A program made the position numbers and the translations under genes. The notes beneath the pieces were generated by a model. That model was not told where the DNA came from and did not search any database. It saw only the letters and a program-made list of their open reading frames with translations. DNA of 63,303 bases, filler included, from Theionarchaea archaeon (GTDB taxonomy: Archaea; Methanobacteriota_B; Thermococci; Methanofastidiosales; SZ-28-30), in assembly GCA_018992565.1 (NCBI GenBank). It is 6 parts of 6 records of this genome, joined end to end, with 100 filler letters (N's around TTAATTAATTAA, not from the genome) between each part and the next. Parts side by side here need not be neighbours in the genome. Positions count along the whole stretch, not along the records: positions 1 to 11,174 come from JACVGW010000084.1; positions 11,275 to 22,000 come from JACVGW010000085.1; 4 more parts are not named here. One strand, written 5' to 3'. Positions 8,622-17,338 of the stretch are shown here, piece after piece (position 1 is the stretch's first letter; every line of letters starts with the position of its first letter).

Positions 8622-8695
8622 GAATTCAGTGATTCTTTGCTATATTTAAGGTTTATCCCGGTCGATCCAGTGCAGCCCATGAAGACCTGGTCATA

Positions 8696-9319
8696 TCATT
8701 GATAGACAGTGGAGCCAACCTGTGTACTGATGACGTAGAGAATCTCGCAGGCTCCAATACCGTTGTCCGTCAAGGAGGTACTCGTCTTGATATATAATGA
8801 ACCGTCATAATAGATGTCCACCAGAAGCCCCTCTAAAATCACCTTCTGTCCCTTTCTGACATTGTAGAGTGCAGTCAGGACATTTTGGTTGGCAGGAATC
8901 AAATGGATATTGACGAAAGACGTCAGCACTAGAGGATCATCTACAGGGCTATGTGCCTCATACGTGCATATACATACTCTGTTGGTCTGGTTAAAGGTGG
9001 CATACTCGAGATAACGATCTTGGGAAAGCTCTCCCCATACAACACAGAAATCGAGAGGTGCTATATCAGAGTCTTCATCAGTGTAGTGTACAGTAGATAC
9101 CACCAGGACATGGGCTTCATAGGTGGCAACGGGAACGAGGGACACCTCCCGCTCTTTCGTGTGGAGTATGATGGGGGTTCCCTGGTACTGGACCTGAATG
9201 GGTTCTCGAGACGTGTCAATCTGCCCTCCTCTATCTGACTGAGGGTTCATGGCGACATTGACGCACCCTATTACCAGCAAGAGGAGAAGGACAACCCATG
9301 GCCTGGGAAAGAAACTCAT
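8696..9319 (-). CDS. Hypothetical exported/lipoprotein
   Basis: N-terminal hydrophobic segment ending IGC, DIAPLDFCVVWG, NIHLIPAN and GACEILYV conserved-looking motifs. TATA upstream. Confidence 0.65.
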   Translation of the reverse strand: MSFFPRPWVVLLLLLVIGCVNVAMNPQSDRGGQIDTSREPIQVQYQGTPIILHTKEREVSLVPVATYEAHVLVVSTVHYTDEDSDIAPLDFCVVWGELSQDRYLEYATFNQTNRVCICTYEAHSPVDDPLVLTSFVNIHLIPANQNVLTALYNVRKGQKVILEGLLVDIYYDGSLYIKTSTSLTDNGIGACEILYVISTQVGSTVYQ

Positions 9320-9479
9320 ATGCGATACCTCACGAGCACGGATATAAATACTTTGTCTGGGAGTGGCTGGCAGGAGATGGAAGCAGTTACGCAGAGGAGA
9401 AGCTGCAGGATGTGAACGTGAGAGACGTGAAAAAAAAGGGGGGAAAACCTTATATATTGTGTGCCGGAACTAAGTGGCA

Positions 9480-9551
9480 GCGGTTGTAGTGTAGTGGCTA
9501 TCACTCGAGCCTGCCACGCTCGCGACCCGGGTTCGAATCCCGGCAACCGCA
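9480..9551 (+). tRNA. tRNA-Gly (GCC)
   Basis: Acceptor GCGGTTG/CAACCGC+A, anticodon arm CGAGC-CTGCCAC-GCTCG, T arm CCGGG-TTCGAAT-CCCGG. TATA box CTTATATAT ~25-30 nt upstream. No intron. Confidence 0.96.
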
Positions 9552-9699
9552 TGGATTTATAGAGGGACCTGGAGGAGTAGTTACAGTTCTTGAAGATGTC
9601 TTCTTGGTTGTTGTTGTCAGTATTTCAAGAGGTCAATTCCACATACCTCGCAATACTGCGGGGCGTAATTTTCTTAACTTCTCTCCCACTCTTTCCTCT

Positions 9700-11025
9700 A
9701 TGGAACACAGGCTCTATCCAGCTTTACAAGAAGGGTATGGTATATATGTCACTCCTGACGGAGGGTATTTCTTTGAATATGATGTCTGCAGCAAAGCCAA
9801 GAAGCTGATTTCCCAGAGAGAGACCGTGAATGTGGAAGCATGTTCCATTCTAGAACTCTGTTCTGGTCAAAACACTGTGGATGACATTGTTGCTATTTTA
9901 GAGAAGAAATACGAGGATATTCCCGAGGATTTTCCCGTGCAGGTGAGATCATTCCTTGATGGACTGGTCAGCAAAGGTTATATCCAGTATGTTACTACTC
10001 CGGGGGTTCAATCTACCATTAAAGGATGTACTGACTTCTTTGTCCCCACCAGCATTCTCCTGGAGGCAACGCATGAGTGCAATTTACATTGCGAACATTG
10101 TTTGCTGTGTGCAGGCCAGCCCCTCCCTGATGAACTGTCTGTAGAGCAGTACATTCCCATACTGAAATCTCTGGTAGAGATGGGAGTACGAAAAATAAAC
10201 CTCTCAGGGGGAGAATTCCTGCTCAAGGAAGGATGGGAAACCCTTTTCCACTTCTGTGTCAGTAGATGCGTTACCAATGTACTCACCAATGCAACCCTGG
10301 TGACTGATGAAATTGCAGATATGCTTACAGCATGTGATCAGGTGCATGTCAGCCTCTATGGGAGCGCCGGGGCCACCCACGATGAAGTAACAGGACACAA
10401 AGGATCTTTTTACCAGACCATACGTGGTATCACCCAGCTCACTGAACGAGGGAGTTATGTTGGTGCTTCAATTTCCATCATCCCTTCAAATTACAGTGAA
10501 TTCGAGTCAATGATACAGCTATGTACCTCCCTGGGATGTAGTATTGCCAGAGTGGGCATCGTGCTGCCCATGGGGAGAGCTCGGCTGAAACAGTGGACCC
10601 TCACCGGGTCTCAGAAGAGGGTAATTGAAACCAGCATGGAAAAGCTTCAGTGCGATATTGAAGTCACGTGGGAAGAAGAACAGCTTGAACATGGAGGAAC
10701 ATGCGGAGCTGGTGTGTCTACCTGGGTCATAGCTCCTGACGGTACAGTATATCCTTGTGGCGTTCTGAGGATACCCCTTGGGAACGTGATGACTGATACA
10801 GTAGAAGAAATCTGCAGGTCACCTGGTGTGGCTTTCATGCACCAGTTGATTGCCCCTTGTGAAGAGATGTGCGGTGACTGCCCCTATCTGTTCATCTGTC
10901 GGGGATGTCATGCTCGGGCTTTCATGTTTTGTTCGCAGGTGGACACATGTCCATGGACAGAGCAATTTGAGACTGCACCTCATCCTTTCCATGAGTTCAT
11001 TCAGGACGCATCAAAGACTTCCTAG
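9700..11025 (+). CDS. Radical SAM/SPASM peptide maturase with N-terminal PqqD/RRE domain
   Basis: RRE-like ILELCSGQNTVDDIVAILEKKY...VRSFLDGLVSKGYI, CNLHCEHC (CxxxCxxC), SGGE, SPASM CGAG...IAPDGTVYPC and CGDCPYLFICRGC. Probable start ATG 9700 (ORF track starts at 9604). Confidence 0.88.
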   Translation: MEHRLYPALQEGYGIYVTPDGGYFFEYDVCSKAKKLISQRETVNVEACSILELCSGQNTVDDIVAILEKKYEDIPEDFPVQVRSFLDGLVSKGYIQYVTTPGVQSTIKGCTDFFVPTSILLEATHECNLHCEHCLLCAGQPLPDELSVEQYIPILKSLVEMGVRKINLSGGEFLLKEGWETLFHFCVSRCVTNVLTNATLVTDEIADMLTACDQVHVSLYGSAGATHDEVTGHKGSFYQTIRGITQLTERGSYVGASISIIPSNYSEFESMIQLCTSLGCSIARVGIVLPMGRARLKQWTLTGSQKRVIETSMEKLQCDIEVTWEEEQLEHGGTCGAGVSTWVIAPDGTVYPCGVLRIPLGNVMTDTVEEICRSPGVAFMHQLIAPCEEMCGDCPYLFICRGCHARAFMFCSQVDTCPWTEQFETAPHPFHEFIQDASKTS

Positions 11026-11078
11026 GGTTCTAAAAAGAAAAAAAATAGAGGAAATAGTCAATTGGAATCGAGGTCGGG

Positions 11079-11174
11079 TCACGGGTTGGGTCTGTCAGGA
11101 CATTCGATAAACCTGGGCATGCACTCAGTGGGGCGGTATAACCCAGATCCGACCAGTGGTTTTTCCCATTTCAT
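11079..11174 (-). CDS. Putative RiPP precursor MKWEKPLVGSGLYRPTECMPRFIECPDRPNP (31 aa; starts exactly at contig end)
   Basis: Manual translation. WxxP leader-like motif and two EC motifs (CX6C). Convergent with the RRE-rSAM gene, T-rich terminator at ~11031-11050. Upstream SD not visible (contig edge). Confidence 0.6.
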   Translation of the reverse strand: MKWEKPLVGSGLYRPTECMPRFIECPDRPNP

Positions 11175-11274
11175 NNNNNNNNNNNNNNNNNNNNNNNNNN
11201 NNNNNNNNNNNNNNNNNNTTAATTAATTAANNNNNNNNNNNNNNNNNNNNNNNNNNNNNNNNNNNNNNNNNNNN
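11175..11274. other. Artificial contig-join spacer (N-TTAATTAATTAA-N)
   Basis: Six-frame stop linker flanked by Ns. Same pattern at 22001-22100, 32617-32716, 43165-43264 and 53239-53338. Internal contigs decrease in size (10726, 10516, 10448, 9974 bp). Confidence 0.97.
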
Positions 11275-12435
11275 TATGTGTTTAAAGATGGCACCATTCG
11301 ATTTGATGCAACTGATCTCCCGCTAACGCATTTCACCGCCAGGGAAATCGGAGTATCACTGGAGGAATTGAAGAACCTGGGGTACACCACTGATTACCTG
11401 GGAGCTCCCCTGGAAGATGACACCCAGGTAGTAGAACTCCGCGTCCAGGACATTATCATTTCACGGAACGCTGTTCCTTACCTCATCCGGGTAACCCGGT
11501 TCCTGGACCAGCTGCTGGAGAAACACTACGGGCTTCCTCCTTTCTACAATGTTCGATCGGGAAAGGATCTTCTGGGTCACCTGGTCATCGGGCTGGCACC
11601 CCATACCTCTGCAGGTGTTCTGGGGAGAATCATCGGGTTTGTTGATGCAAAAGTGGGGTATGCGCATCCATACTTCCATGCTGCCAAGAGGAGAAACTGT
11701 GATGGAGATGAAGATGCCATCATCATGGCACTGGATGCTCTCCTGAATTTTTCTGTGTACTACCTCCCTGAAAAGAGAGGGGGCAAAATGGATGCACCTC
11801 TGGTCCTGACCACAAAGATTGATCCTCGTGAGGTGGACAAAGAAGCCCATGATCTCGATGTAGTATCACAGTATCCCATGGATCTGTACAGCTCTGAGAT
11901 TGTGTCTCCTTCTGCTGTTCACGTGGAGACAGTCAAAGACAGACTGGGGACCCCTGCCCAGTATCAAGGATTCAAAGTGACGCATCCTACCTCTGACATA
12001 TCACAGGGGCCGCCAGAGAGTTCCTACAAGACATTGGGAGCCATGAAAGACAAGATTTCAGCCCAATTAGAGATTGCACGGCGAGTTCGAGCAGTAGATA
12101 TTGATGATACAGCAGAAAGATTAATAAAATCGCACTTCCTCCCAGATATGATAGGAAATCTGCGTTCTTTCTCCAAACAGGGATTCAGATGTACAACTTG
12201 CAACAAGAGACTCAGGAGAGTTCCTCTCACAGGCGTGTGCCCCCGGTGCAGAGGTAATGTCATTCTCACAATCTCAAAGGGTTCAATTGAGAAGTACTTG
12301 CAGATTTCTCGAGATCTGGCAGAGAAATATGCCATATCTGACTACGTGAAACAGCGAATTGACCTCGTGGAACATGAGATTGAGTTGATGTTCCATGAAA
12401 CCCAGAAACAGCTGCATCTCAGTGACTTCATTTGA
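11275..12435 (+). CDS. polC: DNA polymerase II (PolD) large subunit DP2, C-terminal part (5' truncated)
   Basis: FKDGTIRFDATDLPLTHF, GLAPHTSAG, HAAKRRNCDGDED, CxxC...CPRC zinc finger, C-terminal PIP-like QLHLSDFI. Confidence 0.96.
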   Translation, partial: YVFKDGTIRFDATDLPLTHFTAREIGVSLEELKNLGYTTDYLGAPLEDDTQVVELRVQDIIISRNAVPYLIRVTRFLDQLLEKHYGLPPFYNVRSGKDLLGHLVIGLAPHTSAGVLGRIIGFVDAKVGYAHPYFHAAKRRNCDGDEDAIIMALDALLNFSVYYLPEKRGGKMDAPLVLTTKIDPREVDKEAHDLDVVSQYPMDLYSSEIVSPSAVHVETVKDRLGTPAQYQGFKVTHPTSDISQGPPESSYKTLGAMKDKISAQLEIARRVRAVDIDDTAERLIKSHFLPDMIGNLRSFSKQGFRCTTCNKRLRRVPLTGVCPRCRGNVILTISKGSIEKYLQISRDLAEKYAISDYVKQRIDLVEHEIELMFHETQKQLHLSDFI

Positions 12436-12484
12436 GATTTGAGGCAAGCACAACTCTTTTAATGTGCTGTCCTTTTCTCCATAT

Positions 12485-12967
12485 ATGTACTTCATGGTGA
12501 CCACTCCTGTGAATCGTCAGTATGATGGAATGTGGGAGATTCAGTGGGCAGTTGAGAACTGCAGAATTATCAGGACAAGGTACCGGGGACTCTTTCTCAT
12601 AGAAGCTGGTGAAGAAGCCCTTCAGCTCATAAGATCGTACGATACAACAGCCATATGCAGGGTAATTCCGCTTGATGATCTCATACGTGCTGATCTCACC
12701 ACAATCAGTGAGAGAACACTCTCCATTGCAGAAAAGAAACTAGGTGGAGGAGAGAAGTTTGCAGTGCGCTGTAAGAGACGCGGATTCTCAGTGCCTAGCA
12801 TGGAGATAGAACGGGATATTGGTGCTCAGATCGTAGCAGCAATGGGAAATCCTGTTGATTTGGAAAATCCAGATAAAGTAGTGTTCATTGAGATCATAGA
12901 TAAGAAGGCGGGCATTGCTGTGCTTTCAGAATCCGAAATTGTGGAAAAAGAAATTATAGACCTCTAG
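12485..12967 (+). CDS. THUMP domain RNA-binding protein
   Basis: FAVRCKRRG...EIERDIGAQI...VDLENPDKVVFIEII. Confidence 0.85.
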   Translation: MYFMVTTPVNRQYDGMWEIQWAVENCRIIRTRYRGLFLIEAGEEALQLIRSYDTTAICRVIPLDDLIRADLTTISERTLSIAEKKLGGGEKFAVRCKRRGFSVPSMEIERDIGAQIVAAMGNPVDLENPDKVVFIEIIDKKAGIAVLSESEIVEKEIIDL

Positions 12968-14058
12968 GTCGCGGCTGTTCTGGACTCTATTTTTGCTTCC
13001 TGACGATATGATATAACCCACACTACCAGAGCAGAGAACATGGCAACAATAGCGGTCAGAGACAGCTCATCAAAAGAAATGACTCCCACCACATAGTTGG
13101 CCACCTGGTACAGCAGGAAAAACAGAGAGACAGCAAATCCCCACAATCGCAAGTAGTACCACATGACAGGCCTGGGAGAAGATTCTTCAGACTCGGTGGT
13201 TGCACTGTGAGCATACGCATCTATAGTCTTGCCTGCCAGAGCTACAAAAATGGCTAGGGGAACCCAGGGGTTCGCGTAAATATACAATTGCAGGACTCTG
13301 AAGAGTTGAATCTCCTGCCAGGTACTGGGAGCATGCTGCCACACGTTGGAGATTCCTACAAAGGCCAGGAGAATGGCTGCCAGAAATGTGAAGATGCTGA
13401 ACTTCCCTGGGGCCAGTTCTTCTGACAATACCTTATCAATACCAAATCCCTTAGAGAAAATGTAGAATCCTGTGAACAACCCAATGACGTACAAGATCTC
13501 AAACCGATTGAAATATTTTGCTAGAAAGTAAGCCATAATCCACAATCCTGGAAGGCCAAATACCAGCCCAGAAACCTTCCGATCCTCCATAAGGTTGTGC
13601 AAATATTCTTGTAGTATGAAATACGTGGTTTCAAGTTCGTCAGACTGCTGCACAATAATCCTGTCCACAGACAATATTGGTGTCTTTGATCGTATGACAG
13701 GCTCAATAAACTCATCTTCCTTTCCGTCAGAAACCAGTATGACACCATCTGCCTTGAAAGACGCCAGTATTGTATCCATCTGTTCCCCAATCCTGATATC
13801 AGACGTAATCCCAACCTTCTCGTCTCCCGTGACTGCTGCAACCTCGATTCTCCTGGCAGACTCCGCCCACTCATCTCTGACTCTGACTGCCCTGAGCAGG
13901 ACATTGGTATCAGAATCAGAAGGATCTGCCAGCCCCAGCTTCATGGCAGCATCAAGCACCTTCTCTCTGCCTATCACAGGACCTTCTAACCCTGCCTTTC
14001 TCCCAAGATCGTCGTCCCGATCCACACTTAGAACTAGAATGTCTTTCTTTGCTTTCAC
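12964..14058 (-). CDS. DUF373 family archaeal membrane protein
   Basis: LVLSVDRDDDLGRKAG..GPVIGRE...DPSDSDTN, VSDGKEDE, C-terminal transmembrane helices. Confidence 0.88.
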   Translation of the reverse strand: MKAKKDILVLSVDRDDDLGRKAGLEGPVIGREKVLDAAMKLGLADPSDSDTNVLLRAVRVRDEWAESARRIEVAAVTGDEKVGITSDIRIGEQMDTILASFKADGVILVSDGKEDEFIEPVIRSKTPILSVDRIIVQQSDELETTYFILQEYLHNLMEDRKVSGLVFGLPGLWIMAYFLAKYFNRFEILYVIGLFTGFYIFSKGFGIDKVLSEELAPGKFSIFTFLAAILLAFVGISNVWQHAPSTWQEIQLFRVLQLYIYANPWVPLAIFVALAGKTIDAYAHSATTESEESSPRPVMWYYLRLWGFAVSLFFLLYQVANYVVGVISFDELSLTAIVAMFSALVVWVISYRQEAKIESRTAAT

Positions 14059-14933
14059 AGCAAGCCACCTTCCTGAAGAATACGAAACTCTTCAGTATTC
14101 AGCTTCTTCCCTTTCTTGAATTCTTCATATATTTTTTCAGCCTTACTGCGCAGCAATTCATCGCGCTCCCTGATTGCCTCCACTTTCTTCCTGATCCTCT
14201 CCTCACGGAGCGTGGTCATCATCTCTTCCTTTCTATCCATCTGTTCCCTGTACTCCTTATATACTTTGTCTCGTTCCTCCTTTCTCTCCACAAACTGATT
14301 GTGATAGGAATCTGCTTCTTTCTTGATTTCATTGACTCTCTGGTAAGCGTACAGCATTCGCTGATGGTATTTTTCAGATTCTCCCCTTACCTCTTTTATT
14401 CTCTCATTGAACTCTGTCAGCTTCTTCTTCAGTTCTGATTTCTCTCCATAAATGACTTTCATCTGTTTTCTGATCTTGTCAACCTTCTCCGATAGCTCAA
14501 GTACCTTCCTGTTCTGTTCAATGAGGTCCACCAGTTGATTCTCTTTCTTCAGGCTGAGTACACTAGTCTCCAGTTTCCATTCCATTTTCTCAATTTCCTC
14601 TTGCAGTGCAGTGGGATTCCGAGGCTTCATCTTGCTCTTTTCCATGGTAGCGTAAAGCTCTTCTCTTTCCAATTTAAGCCCTTCCATCTCCTTATTCAAG
14701 CTTCTAATCCTCTCAAGAGCTTCCTTTCTCTGTTCAACGTCCTGCTTGACTTTTTCATTGATGTCGTCTCTCAGTATCTTGTTCTCTTTAGCTTCCTTGG
14801 AAAACTCTGATACTTTGGCATTTCGCTCATCACGTTCTTTTACAAGTTCCCGTATCCCTGCGTTGAGCAATTCCAGCCTTTCGCGCAACTGACGAATAGT
14901 GTTCTCCATGTGCGGAAATTCGGTTTGGTTCAC
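14055..14933 (-). CDS. Conserved archaeal coiled-coil protein (COG1340-like)
   Basis: Continuous heptad charged helix with ERDERN, EWKLETSVLSLKKE and C-terminal FKKGKKLNTEEF. Confidence 0.8.
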   Translation of the reverse strand: MNQTEFPHMENTIRQLRERLELLNAGIRELVKERDERNAKVSEFSKEAKENKILRDDINEKVKQDVEQRKEALERIRSLNKEMEGLKLEREELYATMEKSKMKPRNPTALQEEIEKMEWKLETSVLSLKKENQLVDLIEQNRKVLELSEKVDKIRKQMKVIYGEKSELKKKLTEFNERIKEVRGESEKYHQRMLYAYQRVNEIKKEADSYHNQFVERKEERDKVYKEYREQMDRKEEMMTTLREERIRKKVEAIRERDELLRSKAEKIYEEFKKGKKLNTEEFRILQEGGLL

Positions 14934-14985
14934 AGAAACTACCTCTTCTAGAAAGAGTTATAAATGCTTCTATTTAAAGACATTG

Positions 14986-16344
14986 GTGGTTCCCGTCTAC
15001 GTGATGCTGGGATGCGGCTGGATTGGACGTCTTCTCTTGCAGAAAGAATCACGATTCAGAATTGTAGATGCAGAAGGAGACATACTCAAAAAAGAAGGAT
15101 ATGACGCAGTGAAAGGCGACCCTGGTGATCATGTCTTATGGGAGACTATCAAGTTGCAGGAAGCCACTGTTGTTGTCATTCTGGACAGATCAGTATCCTC
15201 TGAGGTGGTGAGGAACCATACCCCCAGTGCCTACATCATCACTGTCCACGGTGAGAATGGAGGCATTGACCCCGGTGCTGATCATGTCGTACCTGCAGGG
15301 GAAACCCTGGCAAATGAATGTTACAGTCAGATTGAATACGTGGAGAAGAAGAGGAGAAAAGACCTTTTGCGGGATGCCCTCCAATCAGGCACGACCATGG
15401 CTATCATTATGCATGATAATCCAGACCCTGACTGCATATCCTCTGCACTCTCACTAAAGCTCATTGCTCAAAATATGGGAGTGACCTCAGATCTGTACTA
15501 TGGAGGACAGATTGGATTTCTGGAGAACAAAGCTCTGGTAGACCTTCTGGAACTGGGTCTTATACCACCATCTCCTGGTTCTCCTCCTGATTTCTCTCGT
15601 TATGATCTAACAGCTTTTGTGGATCACAGCCCCTGGGATTACACAAGTATTGCACGGGATGTCAACCCAGACATTGTCATTGACCACCATCTCCTTCCTG
15701 AATATCAGGGAAAATTCGTGGATGTGAGAGAGGATGTAGGTGCAACATCCACCATTCTCACCGAGTACCTGGAGCTATTCGATGTTGAGATCACTCCCAG
15801 GCTTGGTACCGCGTTGTTCTATGGAATGCTGGTAGATACCAATGGATTCAGGAGAGGAATATCTAAACAGGACATTAAAGCACTGGATTTTCTGCAAGAC
15901 AAAATTGATACTGAATTTCTCTCACAGATAGAGCGAGCGGGATTAGCCAGGCGGGCAACGCCGAGTCACGAGACGGCTGACTTCTTGAATGTCATGGGAG
16001 AGGCTGTAAAGAATATGCAGGTAAAGGACGGGGTTGTCTTCAGTTTTGTGGGAAAGGTCCAGTACAGAGATGCAGTCTCCAATTCAGCTGATTTTCTCCT
16101 GAAGATGCAGCGTCTGGATGTAGTCATCGTGTACGGGATTATTGGAGATATCCTTTACATTTCAGCTAGATCATGGAATGAAGAGTTACATTTGGGAAAA
16201 TTGCTGAGAAAAGCTTTCCATCAGCTGGGACGCGCAGGAGGACACCCACTGAGTGGAGGTGCTGCTATTCCACTGAGTAGACTTCCTGAGAACTTTGGGG
16301 ACGAGATTATTACAAGATTCATGCAGGCGTACACTCAACCCTAG
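14986..16344 (+). CDS. DHH/DHHA1 phosphoesterase with N-terminal TrkA-N-like domain
   Basis: LGCGWIG Rossmann-like start, HDNPDPDC, IDHH, VDT and AGGH motifs. Start codon approximate. Confidence 0.85.
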   Translation: MVPVYVMLGCGWIGRLLLQKESRFRIVDAEGDILKKEGYDAVKGDPGDHVLWETIKLQEATVVVILDRSVSSEVVRNHTPSAYIITVHGENGGIDPGADHVVPAGETLANECYSQIEYVEKKRRKDLLRDALQSGTTMAIIMHDNPDPDCISSALSLKLIAQNMGVTSDLYYGGQIGFLENKALVDLLELGLIPPSPGSPPDFSRYDLTAFVDHSPWDYTSIARDVNPDIVIDHHLLPEYQGKFVDVREDVGATSTILTEYLELFDVEITPRLGTALFYGMLVDTNGFRRGISKQDIKALDFLQDKIDTEFLSQIERAGLARRATPSHETADFLNVMGEAVKNMQVKDGVVFSFVGKVQYRDAVSNSADFLLKMQRLDVVIVYGIIGDILYISARSWNEELHLGKLLRKAFHQLGRAGGHPLSGGAAIPLSRLPENFGDEIITRFMQAYTQP

Positions 16345-16557
16345 TTATTCCTGGCCCTTTGCCCTGACAATGATTATGTCGCCCACTGCTACAACATCCT
16401 TAAAGGGAACGGCAGTGTTCTGAACTCCAGCTTCCTGCCCTACTGCCAGCCCGAATACTTCTCCGTGGTCAAAATCCAGCACCACATCATTAACGATGCC
16501 CACATATTCGGCCTTTGAGTTGTAGATTGCCAGTCCGTAGAATCTGGAGATTCGCAT
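16345..16557 (-). CDS. PRC-barrel domain protein (archaeal CdpB-like)
   Basis: MRISRFYGLAIYNSKAEYVGIVNDVVLD...VPFKDVVAVGDIIIV. Confidence 0.85.
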   Translation of the reverse strand: MRISRFYGLAIYNSKAEYVGIVNDVVLDFDHGEVFGLAVGQEAGVQNTAVPFKDVVAVGDIIIVRAKGQE

Positions 16558-16836
16558 GTGTTGGTAGAGGTGACTTCCTATTTAAGGTTTGTGCTCACAA
16601 CCCATGTAGTCTGACTGAAGAAGGGGGGCTCTTTTTGAGGTTCTTTCCTTGAAACCTTTTTGTTACAGGCATAGATACTGCATTGAGAAGTTCCACTGCA
16701 CCTCCAGAATAGGAATCCTGTCATACTCTCTGCTGCAGGCTGTCTGCCCTGCAAAGGCCTGTGACTGAAGTTGCATTCAAGAAGAAACAAAAAAGAACAA
16801 AAAACTCACATAGAGAATGAGAATCAGCTAATTACA

Positions 16837-16890
16837 TTAGCATTTCTTTTTTTCTTTCCCTGTCTTCTTCTCAGGCTTCTTGCTGGACAT
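16837..16890 (-). CDS. Tiny Lys-rich peptide MSSKKPEKKTGKEKKKC (17 aa)
   Basis: SD GAGGTGA at 16897-16903 with 6-nt spacing, tandem stops, long T-rich terminator (~16779-16803), TATA GTTTATAT at ~17013-17020. Confidence 0.55.
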   Translation of the reverse strand: MSSKKPEKKTGKEKKKC

Positions 16891-17338
16891 TTTTTATCAC
16901 CTCGATTTTCCAGTGATGCATGTCCTTTCTGGCTTGATTGCAGTTTGAAGTGATGATTGTCCTTCTATCTGCCCTTGGCCATAGAGTGACAACCTTTTAT
17001 CATATTGGGGGTATATAAACTTTTCTATACTGATTTAAATTGTCATTGTTACTTAATACTATATTTAAGAGGTATTTATACAACTATTTCCTTTTTAAGT
17101 ATCTTTTGTTTATTTTAGTAAATAGTAAGTCCTATTGGTTTAGTATAGGAAGATAATAAACAGATGATCCTATTCAATGCCACCTCTCTGTCACTTGGGT
17201 TGAAATCTCCTGAAATAGAGAGGACAGCCCAAACGACTCATCATGAATCCTCCAGGAAGCAAGAAGTCCGTCTTTTACTTACTTTCAGGAAAATGCATCG
17301 TTTGTCCCAAAGGTGTTCACGGAGAATGAAAACGAGGA

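Noticed and set aside
9316..9552. 78-aa ORF MRLPGFEPGSRAWQARV...
   Set aside because: Antisense shadow of tRNA-Gly.
9480..11174. Integrated element at tRNA-Gly carrying the rSAM gene
   Set aside because: No integrase and no duplicated tRNA 3' end (att site) are visible before the contig ends, so it cannot be supported.
11175..11274. Recurrent TTAATTAATTAA motif (five copies) as a biological repeat, and gene linkage across it
   Set aside because: It is a standard six-frame-stop linker flanked by Ns joining size-sorted contigs. The S9 peptidase, M48 protease and ABC exporters therefore cannot be assigned to the RiPP loci by proximity.
11677..11715. Intein in PolD DP2 (and in NrdJ)
   Set aside because: The usual DP2 insertion site HAAKRRN/CDGDED is uninterrupted, and NrdJ motifs are contiguous with normal length.
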